Source of the DNA: Lama glama | Taxonomy: Eukaryota | NCBI GenBank assembly: GCA_028534125.1 | Contig: CM052816.1 | Coordinates: 83,640,001-83,704,000 of the forward strand | DNA: 64,000 nucleotides | Direction of reading: 5' to 3' | Shown here: piece by piece, positions 27,413 through 41,630 of the stretch | Position numbering within the stretch: the stretch's first letter is position 1 | Layout of the letters: each line of letters begins with the position of its first letter | The notes under the pieces: generated by a model | Databases searched by the model: none | What the model was told of the DNA's origin: nothing | Seen by the model: the letters and a program-made list of their open reading frames with translations, nothing else | Position numbers and translations under genes: made by a program

Positions 27413-29124
27413 TTGCCACTATTTTTCAACTAGGCTCTCCCTGTGAATCAGAATTAGGTTTTGAATTACCTAGTCAATAGATCTGCCTTTTGGGAAATTG
27501 TTAACAAAGCTTTATGTGAATTTTAGATATGCCCTGCTTCGGAATGAAACTTTCATCAGGTATTGGAATATCTTGTCTTTTCTCCTATTAAATAATTGAT
27601 ATAATGCCCATCTTGTTATGTTTTTACATTTACCATTTTTACTACTAAACTTTTTTTGAGTTTTCATGTCTTATTTATTATTAGGTCCCCAGGCCCTAAC
27701 ATGTTGAGTGAATGTATTAAAAATACATCATCAATTCCCTTTAGTTGTTCAGTAGAAAAGTTATAAATATGTAGTGTTACATAACAAATTGCCCCAAGAA
27801 GTTGCTTTTGGTTAGATCAACAAGTCACTTCTCAAGCATAAACTAGAATAATTGTCAGAAGAGATTGCCACCCACTGTGTAGGAGCAGGCATTCTTTTCT
27901 GACAGAGCTTTGGAATAAATGAGAAATTAAAGCAGCCTCAGCACATTATCTAAGAGTCTTTAATGGATTTTACTATGATAACATGAGAGTATCTTCCAAA
28001 TTCCAAATATATTAAGTATGAATTAAATGCTTTATCACTTTTCATTCAACCCAAACCCAAATATTTACAAGCAAGATTAGTGGAAATAAAATGGGGCTTC
28101 AAAATTATGGGTATCTTGATCAAATTCCTATTTTGTCATTCAATAATTTTATGATCTTGAGCAAATTAGGTAATTGCTATCTTTATCTCTGATATGCAAG
28201 ATAATTGTGGTGACTAATGAAGATAACACATATCAATCATGCATTTATTTGCCTGATATATTATATACACATGATACAACCTAGTTCATTTGGTGTTGAT
28301 GTTAATATTGGTAGAAGAATATCCATATATGCATGCACTTTATTCATTATTTTATTATTCATAATAGCATTCATTGTATTTTTTATATAAAAATACACTC
28401 TAAATGTACGAGGTTATGGGTAGTTTTAAGTCAATGAATGCCAGGTACATAGCTGTTATAGGTAGTCCTTCCAGAATTGATTTGTCTGAGAAAAAACCAG
28501 TGCAATGAAAAGCCTTCTTTCCCCACTTTCCATTTCCTAGAAAGTGTATCTCTCATCCATCTAGAATCTTATCTGTTACTCAAGTGAAGTAAGCTCCTGC
28601 AGATACTCAAGTAAATACAATTCTAAATATCGTATTTGTATAGAAGAGGTCAATTATATTAGTGAATAGATAAAAATCACTTTGCAAATCAAATTATTCC
28701 AAAAATTTATGTCCCCAAATTGAAATGTTTTAATTTTTTATTCCTTATTAACTATTATTAAATGGCATATTCAGTTATATGCCAAAAATTGATTTGAGGG
28801 AGAACAGAACTCAGAAATACAGCAAATATAGTCATCTACTTATTTAAGATTTCCTAGTTCTTAATTCTATATACAAAATCTAAAGGTATAGTTTTGCTGA
28901 ATACTGTCCGATTCTAGAAATAAGTAATATTTTTGCAGAGAAAAATTATTTTCATTTCATTGAGATGAATTTTCAATATAGCTCAATATATATTTGTATA
29001 TATATATCTCAATATATATATATCTCAATATATATTTATATACTATACAAGTATAAAATTAAATTTTAATTTATATCCATTCATCTCCCACATCTACATC
29101 TATATCTATTTACATCTATGGATC

Positions 29125-29573
29125 TGTTAAAGGGCTAAGTTCCCTCAAAAATTCATTTGTTGAAGTTTTACCCTCCAGTACCTCACAATGTTTCTATATT
29201 CAGAGGCTGTATTAAATGGGTAGTTAAGTTAAAAGGAGGTAATTGATATGACTGATGTCCTTGTAAGAAGAGAAAATTTGGACATAAATGTATAAAAGGT
29301 ATTCTATCTTCAGACTGTCTTCAGACTCAAGCTGCATGACTAATTTCTTTGAGGTCTTTTCTTGGTCTCTTGGTCTCTAGCCAGCTGATCTACCTTGCAG
29401 ATTCTGGATTTGCTGGCTTCCACAATTGCTGAGCCTATTTCTTAAAATAAATGTCTCTCTCTTTCTCTTTCATTCTCGCTCTCTCTCTCTCCACACACAC
29501 ACACGTATACACACACACACAGACACACACATCCTATTCTGTTTCTCTAATTAATTAGTAACCAACCAATACA
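29125..29573 (+). mobile_element. Composite LTR: MLT1A/B 5' half fused to MLT2B-like 3' half
   Basis: 5' part AAAATTCATTTGTTGAAGTTTTACCCTCCAGTACCTC (MLT1); from ~29297 CAGACTGTCTTCAGACTCAAGCTGCA...TTCTTAAAATAAATGTCTCTCT(CT/CA)n ATCCTATT (MLT2). Confidence 0.7.
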
Positions 29574-32079
29574 TTATCTAGCCATCTAACTAGAGGAGAG
29601 GGGAGGGAAAGTTTTTTCTTAAAGGAAAGTGATAAATAGAACACTTTCAAATATACAAGGCATTTCAAGTATTATGAAAATATGTTTCATCAAGAAAAAT
29701 TTCTGTAAAAAAAGGTAAGTGGAACTGTTACTTCCATGAAGGAAAAATAAAATATATTAACTGCCCATAACTCAAAGAATAGATTCTACCATAGATAGAT
29801 GTGGAACCAGAAATGATGATCCTCATCAAATTGTTATAGTAATTCATACTACAGCTAATTAAGAGTTATATACCTATTTTTTAAATAATCTAAAAAATCA
29901 CAAAACTCACACAGTTGTGTCATTTGGACTGTTTAACCTCAATATATAGAAAGCAAATTAAAACATGTGAGAGGGTATATAGATGCCTCTGCCCCTGCCC
30001 CCAATAATTAGAGGATAATAAAATTAAAATGTTTGTAGACTTTTCTTACATAGTTAATACACAGTGGTTTAAAAATAATGTCAATTTAAAATGAAAGTTT
30101 ATCCTAAAGTTTTAACAACTGGATTTCCTGTGTGACAAAAATTGTTATTTATATTTAAGAATAAACTTATTAATGCTTACTATACTTACAGTAAATTTAT
30201 CCAATGTATTCCTTTATGTTAAATACAATGCCACTGGAAAATTATTACTTTAGAACAAACGGTAACATTTAGCAATGTGAGGAAAATGCTAAATTAAAGA
30301 AGAACCTTTGCTATGTCTTCAATAGTACAGTGTAATTACTTTAATCATGTTTTCATATGCACAAGGAAATTCTGAAATGCCCTTATACACAGTCACAGAT
30401 AGAATCTGACAGGAAAAAACATCAGTAAACTATTCTTTTTTCTCAAATTATGACCTATGTAAGTCATAAATTAAAAAAACAGTGTGCTATGGTACTTTGC
30501 TAAATAATATAGATAACACACAGAATGCTGAGGCAGAGAGAGAATATCCTACAACTGTTTCCAGGGAAGGTAAGTCTTAAACAAAAATAAAATTAAGCAA
30601 ATAAATAAGAGTTAACCTGACAAAAGAAATTGGTTTAAACAAGTCTTGGAGACAACTAGAGATTTTTGAATTGATATCCCTTGAGTGAAGTGTATGTATG
30701 GTAAATAGAATAGCTGAAGCCTAGAATTAGAAATATAGCGGGGTAGGATTGTACGGACTAATGCCAACTAACCTAACATTTTTTTTATCCTGATAGCTAT
30801 GAGAGGTTTTTCAATAATTTTATAACATTATCAGATTTGAGTTTTAGAAAATTCTTTCTAGACCTAATTTGGAGGATATATTAATAGTATCAAAACTACA
30901 ATAACATCACTTTCAAACAATTACTTTTTAGGAAGTCAAGTGAACTGGCCTGACAGGCATTCTGATCACTTTATCTTAATAAACATTTAAAATAGAGTAG
31001 TTGTACAGACTACACAGTGTATTTAAAACAGCACATGATGTGTATATTTTTAATCTAGAAGTCCAAAATCACCATGTCTCATTTTGAGGACTTTGATATG
31101 ACTGGAATTATATGGTCAAATTTATTAAGAATTATACTGTCAAATCTTTAAGGTAATTTTCTTGAAGTTTTCTATTTATTCCATCAACATTACACTCAGT
31201 TCTGCAGGTTAAAACACCTTACAGTTAGTACTAGAAATCTAACATTTTGCAGGTGTAGTTCAACCACAGTAGGTGATTAAAAGCATCAGTTAGAGGTATG
31301 TAATTATAAAATGTGTGGCAATATAATTATACCCATGAATTTTTTTGTGTTTTTATAATATTGATAACTTTTTAATATGTTATTATCTTAAAAATAACAT
31401 AAAATCATTCTTTAAGAATGTCTCCTTTTATCTCTAAAAGACAGCATTATCATCAGGTAAAATCTTCAATAGAAACATTTCATTTCATTTTTTTAGGTCT
31501 GTTATTCTGATTCTTTCTATTTACTTCTGGAGAATTCTGAATCTTTTAAAAATCTTATGCAAAACATAAAAACCTTTATTAATTTCATGGCATATTTTTT
31601 AAAAACTGGCTCAAAATATTTGTTTTGAAAAATAATTTTATGTTTGCCATTTATTATAGTGACATTTAAAATTCAGTGAAAACTATTTTACTAATAAAGG
31701 GTTTTAATAATATTGATTTATGCTTTTCAGTACTTCATTTTACAGATAGATGATTCAGATGACATATATTGGTGTTTCTTGTATCTTGAAAAAATTAAAA
31801 AGCATTCTACTGAAACTGGAATACTTTGATTTTATATTATCAAACACTTGATAAATATTACTTATGTTCAGATTACCTATACTAAAAAAATTATCAAAGT
31901 ACATACAAATTTTATTTCATTTAGTAAAAGCTAAAATGCAAGAAATTGCTAAATGTGTGAATAAAATAGATATTTTGAAATAAAGAGATTCACTCTATTC
32001 CAACTTTTTTTTCACAAGACTGTTCAGTTCTGAAAAAAATGGCAATTTCACATTGCCTTTTTATATGTATGTACATAAG

Positions 32080-32082
<3 letters not shown>

Positions 32083-32122
<40 letters not shown>
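32083..32122. repeat. (AC)20 microsatellite
   Basis: Read directly. Confidence 0.97.
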
Positions 32123-32126
<4 letters not shown>

Positions 32127-32517
32127 AAAGCAATAAAATTAAAGCCCAAAATAAGTCTGAATCTACATGCATTCATATATTAATCAATGAAATAAACAAG
32201 AATCCTATTTTGTGAGCACCAAGTAATTACAATAAAATATTAAGTTTAGGAGTGTCACAGCACTAACCTCAAAAAAAATCCTATATATTTATAAATGCTG
32301 AAAAGATTTTACAATTTGCTTCATTATTATTTGAATCCATATATTACATATACACACATATATGTACTAGTTTAATATGCTTATCTTATAAAGTATAAAA
32401 ATCAATACTTAAATTTACGTGTTTTAAGTTTGCTACATAATGGTAAGTATATTAGAAATACTTGTCTTTCTTGTACAGATAAAATATGTTATTAACAAAA
32501 GTATTTAATTTGTAAAC

Positions 32518-32730
32518 AAATTAGGACTATGGGATTAATAGATACAAATTACTCTACAGAAAATAGCTAAGCAAAAACGATCTGCTGTATTACACAGGGA
32601 GTTATATTCAATATCTTGTAATAACCTATGTTGGAATATAATCTGAAAAAATATATAACTGAATCACTTTGTGGTATGCCTGAAACTAACACAATATTGT
32701 AAATCACCTCTACTTCTATTTTTAAAAAAT
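32518..32730 (+). mobile_element. LINE-1 3'UTR fragment
   Basis: GGGATTAATAGATACAAATTAC...CACAGGGAGTTATATTCAATATCTTGTAATAACC...CCTGAAACTAACACAATATTGTAAATCA; similar to 53570-53790. Confidence 0.85.
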
Positions 32731-35700
32731 GTTTAAAATTCAGATATACTCATGAGTCTTAATTTCTTTTTTCTTCTTATGTAAAATAACATTAGTCCCT
32801 TTCACTTCTAGACTTGACACAGAATAACAATTAGGAGACATGACTTAGAAAATTCATTGGCTCCAACACCAAAAATGGAATAAGTATATGTTCCCAGAGT
32901 TTTTTCCTTGATATATAGGAATATGGGTCTTTTCCATTCTTGCTTTATGTGCTGGTTCAGAAATAGTAACAGTTGTACACACTTTGGGAGGAGCTCCTAA
33001 AAAATGTGATAACCTAAAACGTTAATAAATATTAGGTTCTGTTAGTAAATGATAAGGGAGTGTGAAGGTTGGGGATGTTGGTGAAGAATTAATGTCTGCA
33101 ACATATCAAAGGACATCCTTGCAACTCTTGTGTATAGCTTTTTGCTTGATGCTTTTTTGGAAATTTATCTGGAATCCTTTAGTTAATATCCTATTACAAA
33201 ATGCACAATGTATTTTCCTCCTTGAGGTCTTTGATCTTAGCTTATGATACTGAAATACGCAATATGTGGAGTAAGAACATCATTGTTAAGCTTTGGATAC
33301 TCCTTAAAATTTTTTGAGGTTGTTTAAATAATGTTAGGATCAGCTTCTTCAGTCTTGGTCCCCTTTCCACTATGTGGAATTTTTTTTTAATTTAATTTTT
33401 TTAATTTAAATTTTTAAAAATTTGTATATTTTCCCACATAATAAATTCTCTTGACAATAAGTAGTGCTGTATTTGGCAACAAGTTACTGAATACTTAAGT
33501 TAGCTCTTCTAGTGAGAACATTGATAAGATTTAAGTTGAGTTTAATTGCATAGCAGATCATTTAACTTACTCTTGTTCCTCCTCAATCAAGAAAACTCTT
33601 GAAAATCTACCTTATTCATTATAAGAAAGTTGATAAGAATAAAAGAATGGGCTTAATACATCAGTTCAAACTAGTTTAAAAATTCAAAGCACATGTTCTA
33701 ATAACTCCAGGTGAATAGTATTATTTTTAATACATATTTTTATGAAAATATTGTATAACAAGGGAAATCAGGACAGAGAAAGGATCCATTCTCTCAGAAA
33801 CCAACTATGGAAAAATAAACAAGATATTATACACAGCCTCAGATAGAGACGAGTGTGTATAAAAATCTGCCCCTAAGTGAAATTGTAAAGTAGAGAAAAA
33901 TTATCTATTATCTATCTATCATCAATCTGTCTATCTATTCAGCCATTTAGTAGAAAAACAGAACTATAAAAGACCTTATTCTACCATACTCTGCTTTCCC
34001 CGTCTTTATCTGGGCCTCATTAAGGGTTTTTTTTTCCTTAAAAGTTTACAAATTCTTTGTGCACATCATGTTTTCATAGTGAGGGAAGACATTTATTTTT
34101 AATCATGTGTGTAAAATTACAAATTGTGTGAGATATTTTCATTTAAAGAATATAATGAATGTCCATTAGCATACTTGTGCTAACTACTTATTATAACTAA
34201 TAACTATCAGTATATAATTACCTACATAGATGTACCTAACTCATCATAATATAATCATATAGTATCTCACTGTATACAAACTGATCTCATTTGCTTTTGT
34301 TTCTGGTGTTTTTCTACTCCAATTTTACTGCTGTTTATTTGTTCCCTTAAGACTTATGATTAATTTATTTTCAGTGACTAATATACAACATTTCTTTTAC
34401 AATAAAACTTCAATATTTCTGTCTACATGGAAATTTTAATATCTAATCAAGGATTCTGATTATCTTGAAACTCCACTGGCTTTCTTATAAAATATAAAAC
34501 TGTACTCCACAAGGTTGAGCTGTGGGATGTTTTCAAAAGTATCTCTAATCTTCACTCATCTTGCATTCTCTCCAACAGAAATCCAAGCAGGCTATTCCTT
34601 TATAAAATTCTGATTGAAGTCATATCTATCTTAGAAGGATTAATATGTTAAAATATGCTAAGAGTTTGGAAACTTCTGATCAAAGAAGCTATCAAAATGC
34701 AAAATATTACTGTCATTGTTCTCAAAGGTAAATAGCAATCATTCATGGGCTTTTACATTGCCCTCCAGTCACTGTGATCTGATCTGCTCCATGAAGCTAC
34801 TTTTCCATTGATTAAATGCTCTTATCTCTATTGCCAAGCTAATCTTGTGTATCATCCAGGCTTTTATTTTATCTTCTTTATACAGTCTCCTTCAGGCTCT
34901 ACAAATGTGAATAAACTTTAAAGGAATCACAAACCAGCAGTCATCCTTTCATTCTCAACAAGTTGTTTTTCATAAAACATTCTGTAAGTTGCTAAGTTTT
35001 CTTTAGTTTTCTTCAGACTTCTTTCTCTTCAAGAACTAAAAATAGCTTCAATAGAAGATTTTGCTGTCCTCCTAAGAACTACTGTTACAAGTGTATAATC
35101 AGCCAAGGCATTTATGTGATAGACTAAGATCCTCATATAGAATGAAAGAGTGAGAACAGCAGAGTGGAGTTCAACTGCTGGCCATGAATCTTGATTTGTG
35201 TTACTTAATAACACATTAAGTGAGGAGGATTGTTTTCATTGTAACATTAGTTCATATTCATATCAATCTCTAGGTACCATTTAGATAATGCTCAGTTATC
35301 AGAAATACATAATACATTAAAAGTAAAATAGTTTCTCACAGGATGACTTTTGACTTTGGTAAAATCTTACACTCTACCACATAAATCATATGGAAGTGAC
35401 AGTTTACTGTGACAAACCCAAGAGAATATACCCTCAGCCTTGGATACCAGTGTTAGGCTGGAGAAGTTCAGTGAGCTTGAGTTCTTGAGTCTACCAGGTT
35501 ATTATGTATAGGATGTGTTTCACTGTATCAGTGGCAATTTTTCTATTCTGGCTGAGGTCCTGCAAGTTTGAGGGAAACCCCAAATAGGTTTGACTATATC
35601 TCTCACATATGAAGAAATATATTCTAAATATCCAGCATAATTTCCAAATCATGACCACAAGATTTATTAAGACACATCACCTGATTCTAACTTCAAGATC

Positions 35701-37204
35701 CTGGGTGGGGGGGATATCCTTTAAATGACAGTTGTATCTATAGTAGGCAGCAGAGAGAGGACCAGAAACAAGCTAAAGAATGACAACTCTATGTTAGATA
35801 TTAAGAATTAGCTTTCTACACAATAGGCAATCGAGTTTGAATTACACTTCCGAAAAGCTATTAAAGAGCTCTATGACTTTATATATTCAAACCCCAGAAA
35901 TATTGAAAAGAACCACATAATGAATAGACTGCACAAAGCTGAATATCAGAGGGAATTTTTTTATGCCTCATGACTACAAGAATGAGAGAATTACCACTCC
36001 ACCTAAGGGTCTTCAAGAGCCATGCAGTGGTGTACAATGTGCTAAGATGTCTGAAATTACAGTGTATTATATTATGTAATATTTTATATTATTTGATTGA
36101 TATAATTATAGTATAGTCACATTTTCCCAAAAGCCTTCCTGTAATAAAACTATTTATACAGAATTGTTTTCTACAGAATATCATGAGGTTGGTACATTTT
36201 TAAACTGTCCTTAAAAACAAATATTTTACTAATCATATTTTGATCACAAAATGATGCTAAATAAATTATTTTGATCTATCATTCATCTATTTATTCACCA
36301 GAGTGAAGCATTGCATATCTAGGAAACAATTCAAAATGGTGGAATAAAATTATTTTTTATCTATATCCATGTATATATCTACATCTAATATTTATATATC
36401 CATCCACAGTCCATCTTAGTCATGGATATTCTCATTCGTCCAATAGTGAAAGAACGCACCTGCGTGATTCATGGCTTATCTTTAGCTTACTATTTGATTC
36501 CTTTTTATGTTTCAGGTAGAACAAATTTGGTGTTTGTTTTGTTTTCCACATACACTGACTTACATGACATTTCCTCTTTTTAAAATTATTAGGATTAAAA
36601 ATGATGCTGGCTTCATGTGATTTTTCTCAGCAAATCCCCTTTGTTCTCTATATGTCAGTGTGTCCAGACAAACAGGAACAGAGGGAGTTTTTCTCAGTCC
36701 TTAAGTGTGACCTGAGGAGCAACCATGTTCACTTACAGGAGAAGGTCAGAAGGCATCACAGATCACTAACACTTGGGTTATTGCTTTTGCGATTCAGTCC
36801 ACAAAACCAGTTCTGGAAACTCTAGTCTTACAGTTCCTCACAACTCTAGCCCATTTTTCTGAACTTCAGTGATAGTTATTGTTCATATTACCACATTTGA
36901 GAGTATTATGTACTATCTTATATGACCTAGTATTATTTATATGAGTTACCAAAAAGAGACATGTATGTGACTGCATTTGCCTTGAAAAATTGGAAATGAA
37001 AGTAATTTGTTAAGCATCTCAGGCAAAGAAGTGGATCTTTGTTGCTGTGTTGTTTAACTTATTTTTTGTGTGTGTGATTTTTAGCACAAGTATTTGCCAG
37101 CAATTTCTAATCAAAAATATGCCTGGATTTTGAGTCGCTCTTTTGGTAATAATGCAACCGAAAATAAGACTCTGGTTTTGGTGATGATATTATGTAAATA
37201 AATC

Positions 37205-37580
37205 ATTAGAGACTGAATTGTTTCCCACCAGTGTTCATATGTGGAAGTCCTAACCTCCAATGTGACCGTATAAGAGATAGGGCTTTGAAAGAGGTAATTA
37301 AGGTCAAATGAGGTCATACCGTGAGGCCTAATCCAACTGAACTGGTGTTCTTATAAGAAGAGGGGGAGACACCTGGGGTGGGTTTGCACAGAGCAAAAGC
37401 CACGTGACAACACAGAGAAAAGGTACCATCTGCAATCACAGGAGTGAGGACTCAGGAGAAATCAAACTTGCTGACACTTTGATCTAGGACTTACAGCCTC
37501 CTGAAGTATGAGAAAATAAATTTCTGTTAAGACAGTCATTCTGTGGCACTTTGTTATGGCAGCCCTAGCAGACTAATACA
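37205..37580 (+). mobile_element. MLT1A0/MLT1B-like solo MaLR LTR
   Basis: GACTGAATTG...GAAGTCCTAACCTCCAATGTGAC...GAGGTAATTAAGGTCAAATGAGG...TTGTTATGGCAGCCCTAGCAGACTAATACA. Confidence 0.9.
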
Positions 37581-40500
37581 GCGCCAGCCATCCTATCTAC
37601 AACCTGATCAGCCTAAAAACAAACGACGAAGTAGTCCAGTTTTCAGGTTCCTTGACTGTATGCAACAATGGCCGCTGTTTAAAAGCTGACAGGGAATTAC
37701 TTATTTAGAACCCTGTTCTGAGAGTTTGGGTAAGAGTGCAATCTACTCCAGTACCCTAACATCTCTCCACTAGAAGTCGGTTGTATTTGTCATTGTCATA
37801 GGGGAGCAGAATACCTTTAGCTGATCAAGGACAAAGGATACAAGGGATCCTGGAGCTTCCAGACATCCTTGCATTAATCCATTATCCTCTGTACAAAGAC
37901 TAGGAAGAGTTTTGAATTTAGTGAAAAAATAACTGTGGTTTTATTCAGGAGGATATACACTGTACTACCTGTGTCTGGAATGTTTATGAGGACCTCAGAG
38001 TGAAGGACAGCGTCTTACATTCTCTTTGTGAAAACTATCCAGGCACATCCATGACAACAATCCCTTTTGTTATTTTAGGTATAAATAGGTTGTTTCTCCT
38101 GATAAGTCTTCACGTCCCTGAAATGAAAGGCCATGTCTGATATTTTACAATTCTTACAAAAATAAAGCATTTTTTTTTTACTGAGAAGACTTCAGTTGAG
38201 ACATCTATTTGATTTTTTTCAGCAGGAAATATTCCTGCTTTGGATTATCTAAAGAAGTTAGGAGGAAGGACACTTGCAGAATCAAAGGGTTTGTTCTCAG
38301 TGAAGATTTCAAATATAGCCCTAGTCTTGCGTTTACTCAGGACATATATGAGTTATTCTCTTTATGGGATAAGTGGTCAGTCAAGACCTGGTTAAATAAT
38401 ACTCACTTGCTGTTTCATGAAAATATTCAGTATCAGATATCCCATAACTCCTTATCCTACACTGAGAAAACAGTAGTGATAAGTAAGGGATAGAAAAATA
38501 TGCGTCAATGCCTGTGACAGAGGAAAAACATATTTTCAGATTTTCAAGTTACTTTTAGTCAGTTCAAGCATCAGCAGAAAATCTGTAACAAAGACATACA
38601 CAGTTCATACTTTCCCTGCCACACATTATTACTTGTGCCCTGAATGTTTTTAATTAAAAAAAAAAGCTGTCCATATTAACCTAAAATTATGTTTAGTATT
38701 CAATGACTAAGACCATAAAATTTAAAAAGTAAGATTTTGAACATTCTTAATATCCTGCTTTCAAAAACAAAACAAAACAAAACAAAATCCATAAGATAAG
38801 CAGTTAAAAAGACACATTATTTCACCCACCTATTTAGTAATACAGCACCTGAAATATTTGTAAAGAATAGTGAATAAGCCTTGTTTCTGTATCATTTATA
38901 CTACTCACTAATCTGTCTTGTGAAATAAAGTGACTTTTTAAGACTGAGGTATAGAGTATTTGTGTTTATTCAGTGATTAAGCTGATTTATAATTACAGAA
39001 AAATGTAGGCAAAGTGATCATTGACATTAAAACTTTCCATATATTTTACTACCTTTGCAATATCAACATTTTTCATGATGCAAACTTAATTAGATGCTCT
39101 TACTGGAGTAGAATTATTATAGCATTTTTTAAATGATACAAAATAAAACATAACTTCAGGTGCTAGAGATGCTACCACTTTTATGCTTTTATCTAAATAC
39201 AAATACATATAAAAGACTTGATAATAAACAATTTTCCTTCATTGTTGTCTAGGTGAAATGTGGGTAACTGGAGTAAATACTAGATTTTGAAAATACTGGT
39301 AGGTTCACATTTACCACTGTTTTATACTGTACCTAAGAAATTAAAATTACTTCTTCTTACTTTATAAAGACTTTCTTAAATACATTTATTAATGTAAGGC
39401 ACTATTTCCTGAGGCTCTCTTGTATGAGACCCCTGGATGCACTGCCCTAACAGTTTTAATCTTACCTCTGAAATCAACTTCAGATCTTCCTGCTGTGTCT
39501 CTGAGGAAGGGTATCCTTGCCTTTCTTGGAGGTTAATTCTACCATCTGTGCTGAAACCTCTATCCCATGTCCTCTGTCAGGCCTTCTTTTTCCCGTAGTT
39601 TTCCTGTACACATTACTTTAAATCTTTATCATTTTTTTAAATGTCTATGGAAAGAGTTATCTTTGTTGTTTTCCTCCTCCAAAGTGTTTCATTTCAGACT
39701 TCATTAGGAGAGACCTTGCTAAAATGTGTGTTTTATTGTGTTCTCCCTGTTTAAAACACTTTAGTGTCACTCCTGGCATGAGTTCAGTTGTTACATCAAG
39801 TCTAAAAGGATTAAAATTAGGATGCAATAAATTGATATTATTTTGATTTGTAATGTTATCTGCATTTTTATAAATTGTTTAGAGCTGTTCTTACTAGCTT
39901 TATTTACCTAACATACCCCTTCACTTACAGAAGCTGAAATAAACTTTATTTACCTATCTGAAATTATTTTAAAATTGGCTTTATAATTAAATTCATTAAA
40001 ATCATCATTTATTATTGCAATATTATTTCCTTCTGATAATATTTACAATTTATAAGCAATTGGTGCATGGCATTTAAATATAAATATAAATTAGATCTTT
40101 GTCTGGAAAGCTTACCTAAGTTTAACTAGAATATTCAATATTATTAGTAAATCAGAATGTCATGCCATGTTACTATGCTGATAGGCATGGTGGTATTCTG
40201 CACAGTTAACGGATCATTGATCATGCCAGAGATTACACTGTCGTCGTAGCCGGTAGTTATTTGAGTTTCAAAACCTAAACCTGAAGAAAAGCTAATAGTC
40301 AGGTTGTTTTTAAAGAATAGCTAGGGAAAATCTAAACTCCTTTCTGTTTGTGTTTGTGTGTGTGTGTGTATGTGTGATATTAAAATTCAACAAATCAATA
40401 TTTTATTATATGTGATACATTCTTATATTTTTTGACCCAATTTATTTTATTTTTAAAAACAATTTTGTCAACTCATTAAATTGATTTTATCTTCCATTTA

Positions 40501-40599
40501 GTAAGTTCCAATCTGCCATTCAAAGATGATAAAATTAAGTATAAATTATCAGCAATAGGTATTACAGAAAGATCAGAGTTTAATGCCAAAAGAGACAAT

Positions 40600-41630
40600 G
40601 AAACAAATTGAGTTCTTTTGGCACTTTTAAGGAGAGACTGGAACGTGTATCATGGAAGAGGGTCACTTAGATAGCGGTGAATGAACATGAGAATTTTGAA
40701 TCTTGAAATTCCTCTGAACCCACTTGGCTGAGGAGACAGCTTCACTCCACCACGTCTGAGGGAACTAGCCCTCCATTTCCTTACAAAATATGTATTTTTT
40801 AAACTGCTTTATTAAAATCTGATACTGATTCTCCTCCAGATCTGTCTCCCATTCACCACATTTTATTGCCCTCAAGTACAAAATGAATTAGGTTCCAACA
40901 TAATCTTAAACATAAATATTCAAGATTTGTTCTAGAAAAAGATAGTTTATACATTGAAAGGCCACGTCTACAGTAATTTATATTATTAGAATTCTGAAGA
41001 GCTTATGCGGGAGGCAATTCAAGAGTGTTAAACTAAATAAGAACAAATATTAGGCTTAGTAAAACTAGCCTCTTTAATATGGATGCAGTCACCTAGAATT
41101 TCAGACTTAGTGTGTTGATTTATAAACAAGGGCATGGAGTTACTGTTCTGGTATTTTGACACTTGTCACCTGAACTAACTAGTGGCCTTCAGTTAAAAGC
41201 CTTCAGTTTCATCATTCAGATTCCTGCAGAGGAATTAGAAATAATATCTATTTCTTTTTTCCCATCCTTTCTTTTTCCCCTCACTGTGGAAAATAACAGT
41301 GTACCCCAAGACATGAACTTGACCCATTTCCTGCTGGGACAGGGATGCGCGTTTCTTGCTAAAACCTGTGTTGGTACTCAACACAGTTTAGGCATATTTA
41401 AAAATAAAACATAATCTCAAATTGTTTTTAAAAAGTTAAAAGTTAGGAACTTTGTCATGCTGCAGAGAAAGGAATCTAAAGGTTTAGGGGAACGGAAACA
41501 TTGGAATGGATCTATTAATTATAATCTGTTCTGTTATCTCCTAAGTATACCTCCTGGGAGGGTCAGAAACTCTCATTGCAAAAGATTTAGGAAATGCATT
41601 AGTGAAGGAAGCACCAGTATTCTTGAAGTA
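40600..41630 (+). mobile_element. Highly decayed ERVL/MaLR internal (gag-like) fragment
   Basis: Colinear similarity to the ERVL gag region at ~2980-3720 (e.g. GATGCAGTCACCTAGAATTTCAGACTTAGTGTGTT vs GATCCACTACCAGAGATTCTGTATTCAGTGTT). Confidence 0.5.

Noticed and set aside
28975..29120. AT-rich short repeats (CTCAATATATAT x3, ATCT runs)
   Set aside because: Ordinary low-complexity slippage sequence.
36490..36830. Splice-acceptor-like TTCCTTTTTATGTTTCAG and nearby 74-aa ORF
   Set aside because: No convincing exon or protein similarity; such motifs are common by chance in AT-rich DNA.
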